A stretch of 20,000 bases of DNA from an uncultured virus (IMG/VR IMGVR_UViG_3300025132_007876) (Duplodnaviria > Heunggongvirae > Uroviricota > Caudoviricetes). The stretch lies in the IMG/VR virus record IMGVR_UViG_3300025132_007876; one strand, written 5' to 3'. The notes beneath the pieces are model-generated. The model saw only the letters and a list, made by a program, of their open reading frames with translations, did not search any database and had not been told where the DNA came from. Below are positions 18,347 to 20,000 of this stretch, piece after piece. Numbering within the stretch: the first letter of the stretch is position 1; every line of letters begins with the position of its first letter. Position numbers and translations under genes: made by a program.

Positions 18347-20000
18347 ATGGCTAATTATTATGTAGACTTTGTTGGTCTAAACACATTTATTTACGAACCA
18401 GTAGGCTTTAGCGTAGAAGAGCAGACTTCACATGCCGGCGATGTTGGCAAGGAAAAGGTCTTTATAACAGACACTATTCAATCAGACGCAGATCTCACTC
18501 AAAATACAATAGGATACAACAGAGATAACGGACTTGACCACAGATATATGAAAAACTTCAAGTTCTCTCATGATCTTCCAACAACAGCATCCTTTTTTCC
18601 TGTCCTTATGCTCCATAGAAATGGCCCATACGGGTGGCCCGCATATAAATCAACGAGGCTTAGCCATAATCCCTTGACAAGACAGCAGATCAAAAATAAT
18701 AAAATGTCAATAATGCTTAAGCCAAAGCCAAAAACGATTACCTTGAATGGCAAAACAAAAACCATATTTCCAAGAAAAGGGGACTTGGCACTATTCGACG
18801 AGCCATGCGTTGTTGCTAGACACAAACCAATAGCCTACTCATTCGGTTTAGTTGATACTTTTGAAACTAGCTATGGCCGAGAAACATCAAGAATGAGAAG
18901 GCTTAGAATCAGACACTCCTTTGATAATCTTATATACAATTTCACAAACAATCAGATCAATAATACGTTTAATGTGCCAAACAGCCATTTAGATTTATTA
19001 ACGCCGGATTTGGAGGAGTTGCCTAGCTCGCTACTTGAATACAATGGAATTACTGGGCTTTATTTGAATGGAGCCATCGACGATCCGGATAGCCCAATTG
19101 ATGAATTTATCTTCTTAAGATACAGATCAACAGTGTTTCCCACAGAGAAATATACGTTTAAGAAATATACCAGAGGGAGAACAACTTTCACATTTAACTG
19201 GAGAGACTCTTTAGCCAACAGACAAGAGCAAGCTGGTGATGGCATGTCGATCACATCAGGCCGTGAAAGAAGCATTTGGCCCCTCGATGTTGATCCCAAT
19301 TGGCAGAATTTATTTGAGCCGTTTTATAATTACCATGGCATACCATCTACTTCTTCTTTTGGTATTTTATGGAACAACTATGCACAAGCATCTTCGAATG
19401 CCCAGAGTTTTATAAACTCCAAAATGAAACCAGCACCACTATATGCCAGAAGACATTTTACTGATACAAGTCAATCAGTTGTCGCTCCATCCGGACTATT
19501 AGAAGTCGCAGCAGCCACTGATTTTAACAACCCAGACGGCCTCTCGACCGGTGAAGCATATTTTGATACACCAGCGCAGGCCCCCTCATCCTCTGGCCCC
19601 TTTCACGATTCATATGATGATTATGCACAAGATATCAGGCTGATTGGTAAAAATTATTCAATAATACCAGAGTTCCGCATTAGTGATTTTGTTGAAGAAT
19701 ACCAAAGCAGAGCAGTTGATAATCCTATTAGGGAGTTCCTATCGATCAAAGGAGGTCTCTCCGGCTACTCGGATAGTACTACTAAAAAGTTTTACGATGT
19801 TTTTACAACAACAGACTTGATGAAGAGTTTTGATTTTGTTGTTGATGATCATGAGGGATTTGCAGAACCGCAAAGACTGTCTATAACTTGTAAGGCTATA
19901 TCAAAGTTCTTACCATATGATGGCTTCTATCCTGTGCAGAGAAGTGTTGAGTTGGCAAAGCAGTTCTATAAGTCATATAAAGACAATGTTTCATATCCAA
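18347..20000 (+). CDS. Large hypothetical protein, 3'-truncated (at least 551 aa), probably structural; absent from the ORF track
   Basis: ATG at 18347, 1 nt after the upstream TAG, with GGAG at 18337-18340. Hand translation is open to the window end: MANYYVDFVGLNTFIYEPVGF...LMLHRNGPYGWPAYK...SIWPLD...YSIIPEFRISDFVE...KFLPYDGFYPVQRSVELAKQFYKSYKDNVSYP. Confidence 0.88.
   Translation, partial: MANYYVDFVGLNTFIYEPVGFSVEEQTSHAGDVGKEKVFITDTIQSDADLTQNTIGYNRDNGLDHRYMKNFKFSHDLPTTASFFPVLMLHRNGPYGWPAYKSTRLSHNPLTRQQIKNNKMSIMLKPKPKTITLNGKTKTIFPRKGDLALFDEPCVVARHKPIAYSFGLVDTFETSYGRETSRMRRLRIRHSFDNLIYNFTNNQINNTFNVPNSHLDLLTPDLEELPSSLLEYNGITGLYLNGAIDDPDSPIDEFIFLRYRSTVFPTEKYTFKKYTRGRTTFTFNWRDSLANRQEQAGDGMSITSGRERSIWPLDVDPNWQNLFEPFYNYHGIPSTSSFGILWNNYAQASSNAQSFINSKMKPAPLYARRHFTDTSQSVVAPSGLLEVAAATDFNNPDGLSTGEAYFDTPAQAPSSSGPFHDSYDDYAQDIRLIGKNYSIIPEFRISDFVEEYQSRAVDNPIREFLSIKGGLSGYSDSTTKKFYDVFTTTDLMKSFDFVVDDHEGFAEPQRLSITCKAISKFLPYDGFYPVQRSVELAKQFYKSYKDNVSYP

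Noticed and set aside
18343..18354. Stop-codon reassignment (TAG recoding), as in some large phages
   Set aside because: Genes are uninterrupted in the standard code, and readthrough of this TAG meets TAA two codons later.
83..19299. Numerous 60-101 aa ORFs on the minus strand and in alternative plus frames
   Set aside because: All lie within or across long + strand genes and have no recognisable motifs. They look like shadow ORFs.
1..20000. CRISPR arrays, tRNAs, terminators, transposases, integrases, restriction-site avoidance
   Set aside because: Intergenic gaps are at most 25 nt and I saw no repeat-spacer or hairpin-polyT structure. GATC, GGCC, CCGG and GAATTC all occur repeatedly. A subtle k-mer bias cannot be excluded by eye.

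Overview
A densely coding, AT-rich window with six consecutive + strand genes and almost no intergenic DNA. It reads as the tail/baseplate (late structural) region of a large contractile-tailed phage. In order: (1) a 5'-truncated protein of at least 2279 aa and unknown function; (2) a gp25-like baseplate wedge subunit; (3) a T4 gp6/baseplate-J-like wedge protein; (4) a DNRLRE/CBM96-like protein; (5) a 2579-aa protein with a gp7/gpI-like wedge motif and four LamG/concanavalin-A-like domains; (6) a 3'-truncated ORF from 18347 that the ORF track missed. The genes fit the standard genetic code. I found no RNA genes, CRISPR arrays or mobile elements. Most notable are an apparently nested (Russian-doll) domain insertion in the 2579-aa protein, a patchy excess of [S/T]-[G/A/S]-S tripeptides in the putative surface proteins (a candidate modification motif), and a 9-codon micro-ORF overlapping both the giant gene's stop and the gp25 start. 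All family assignments come from motif recognition by eye; no searches were run.
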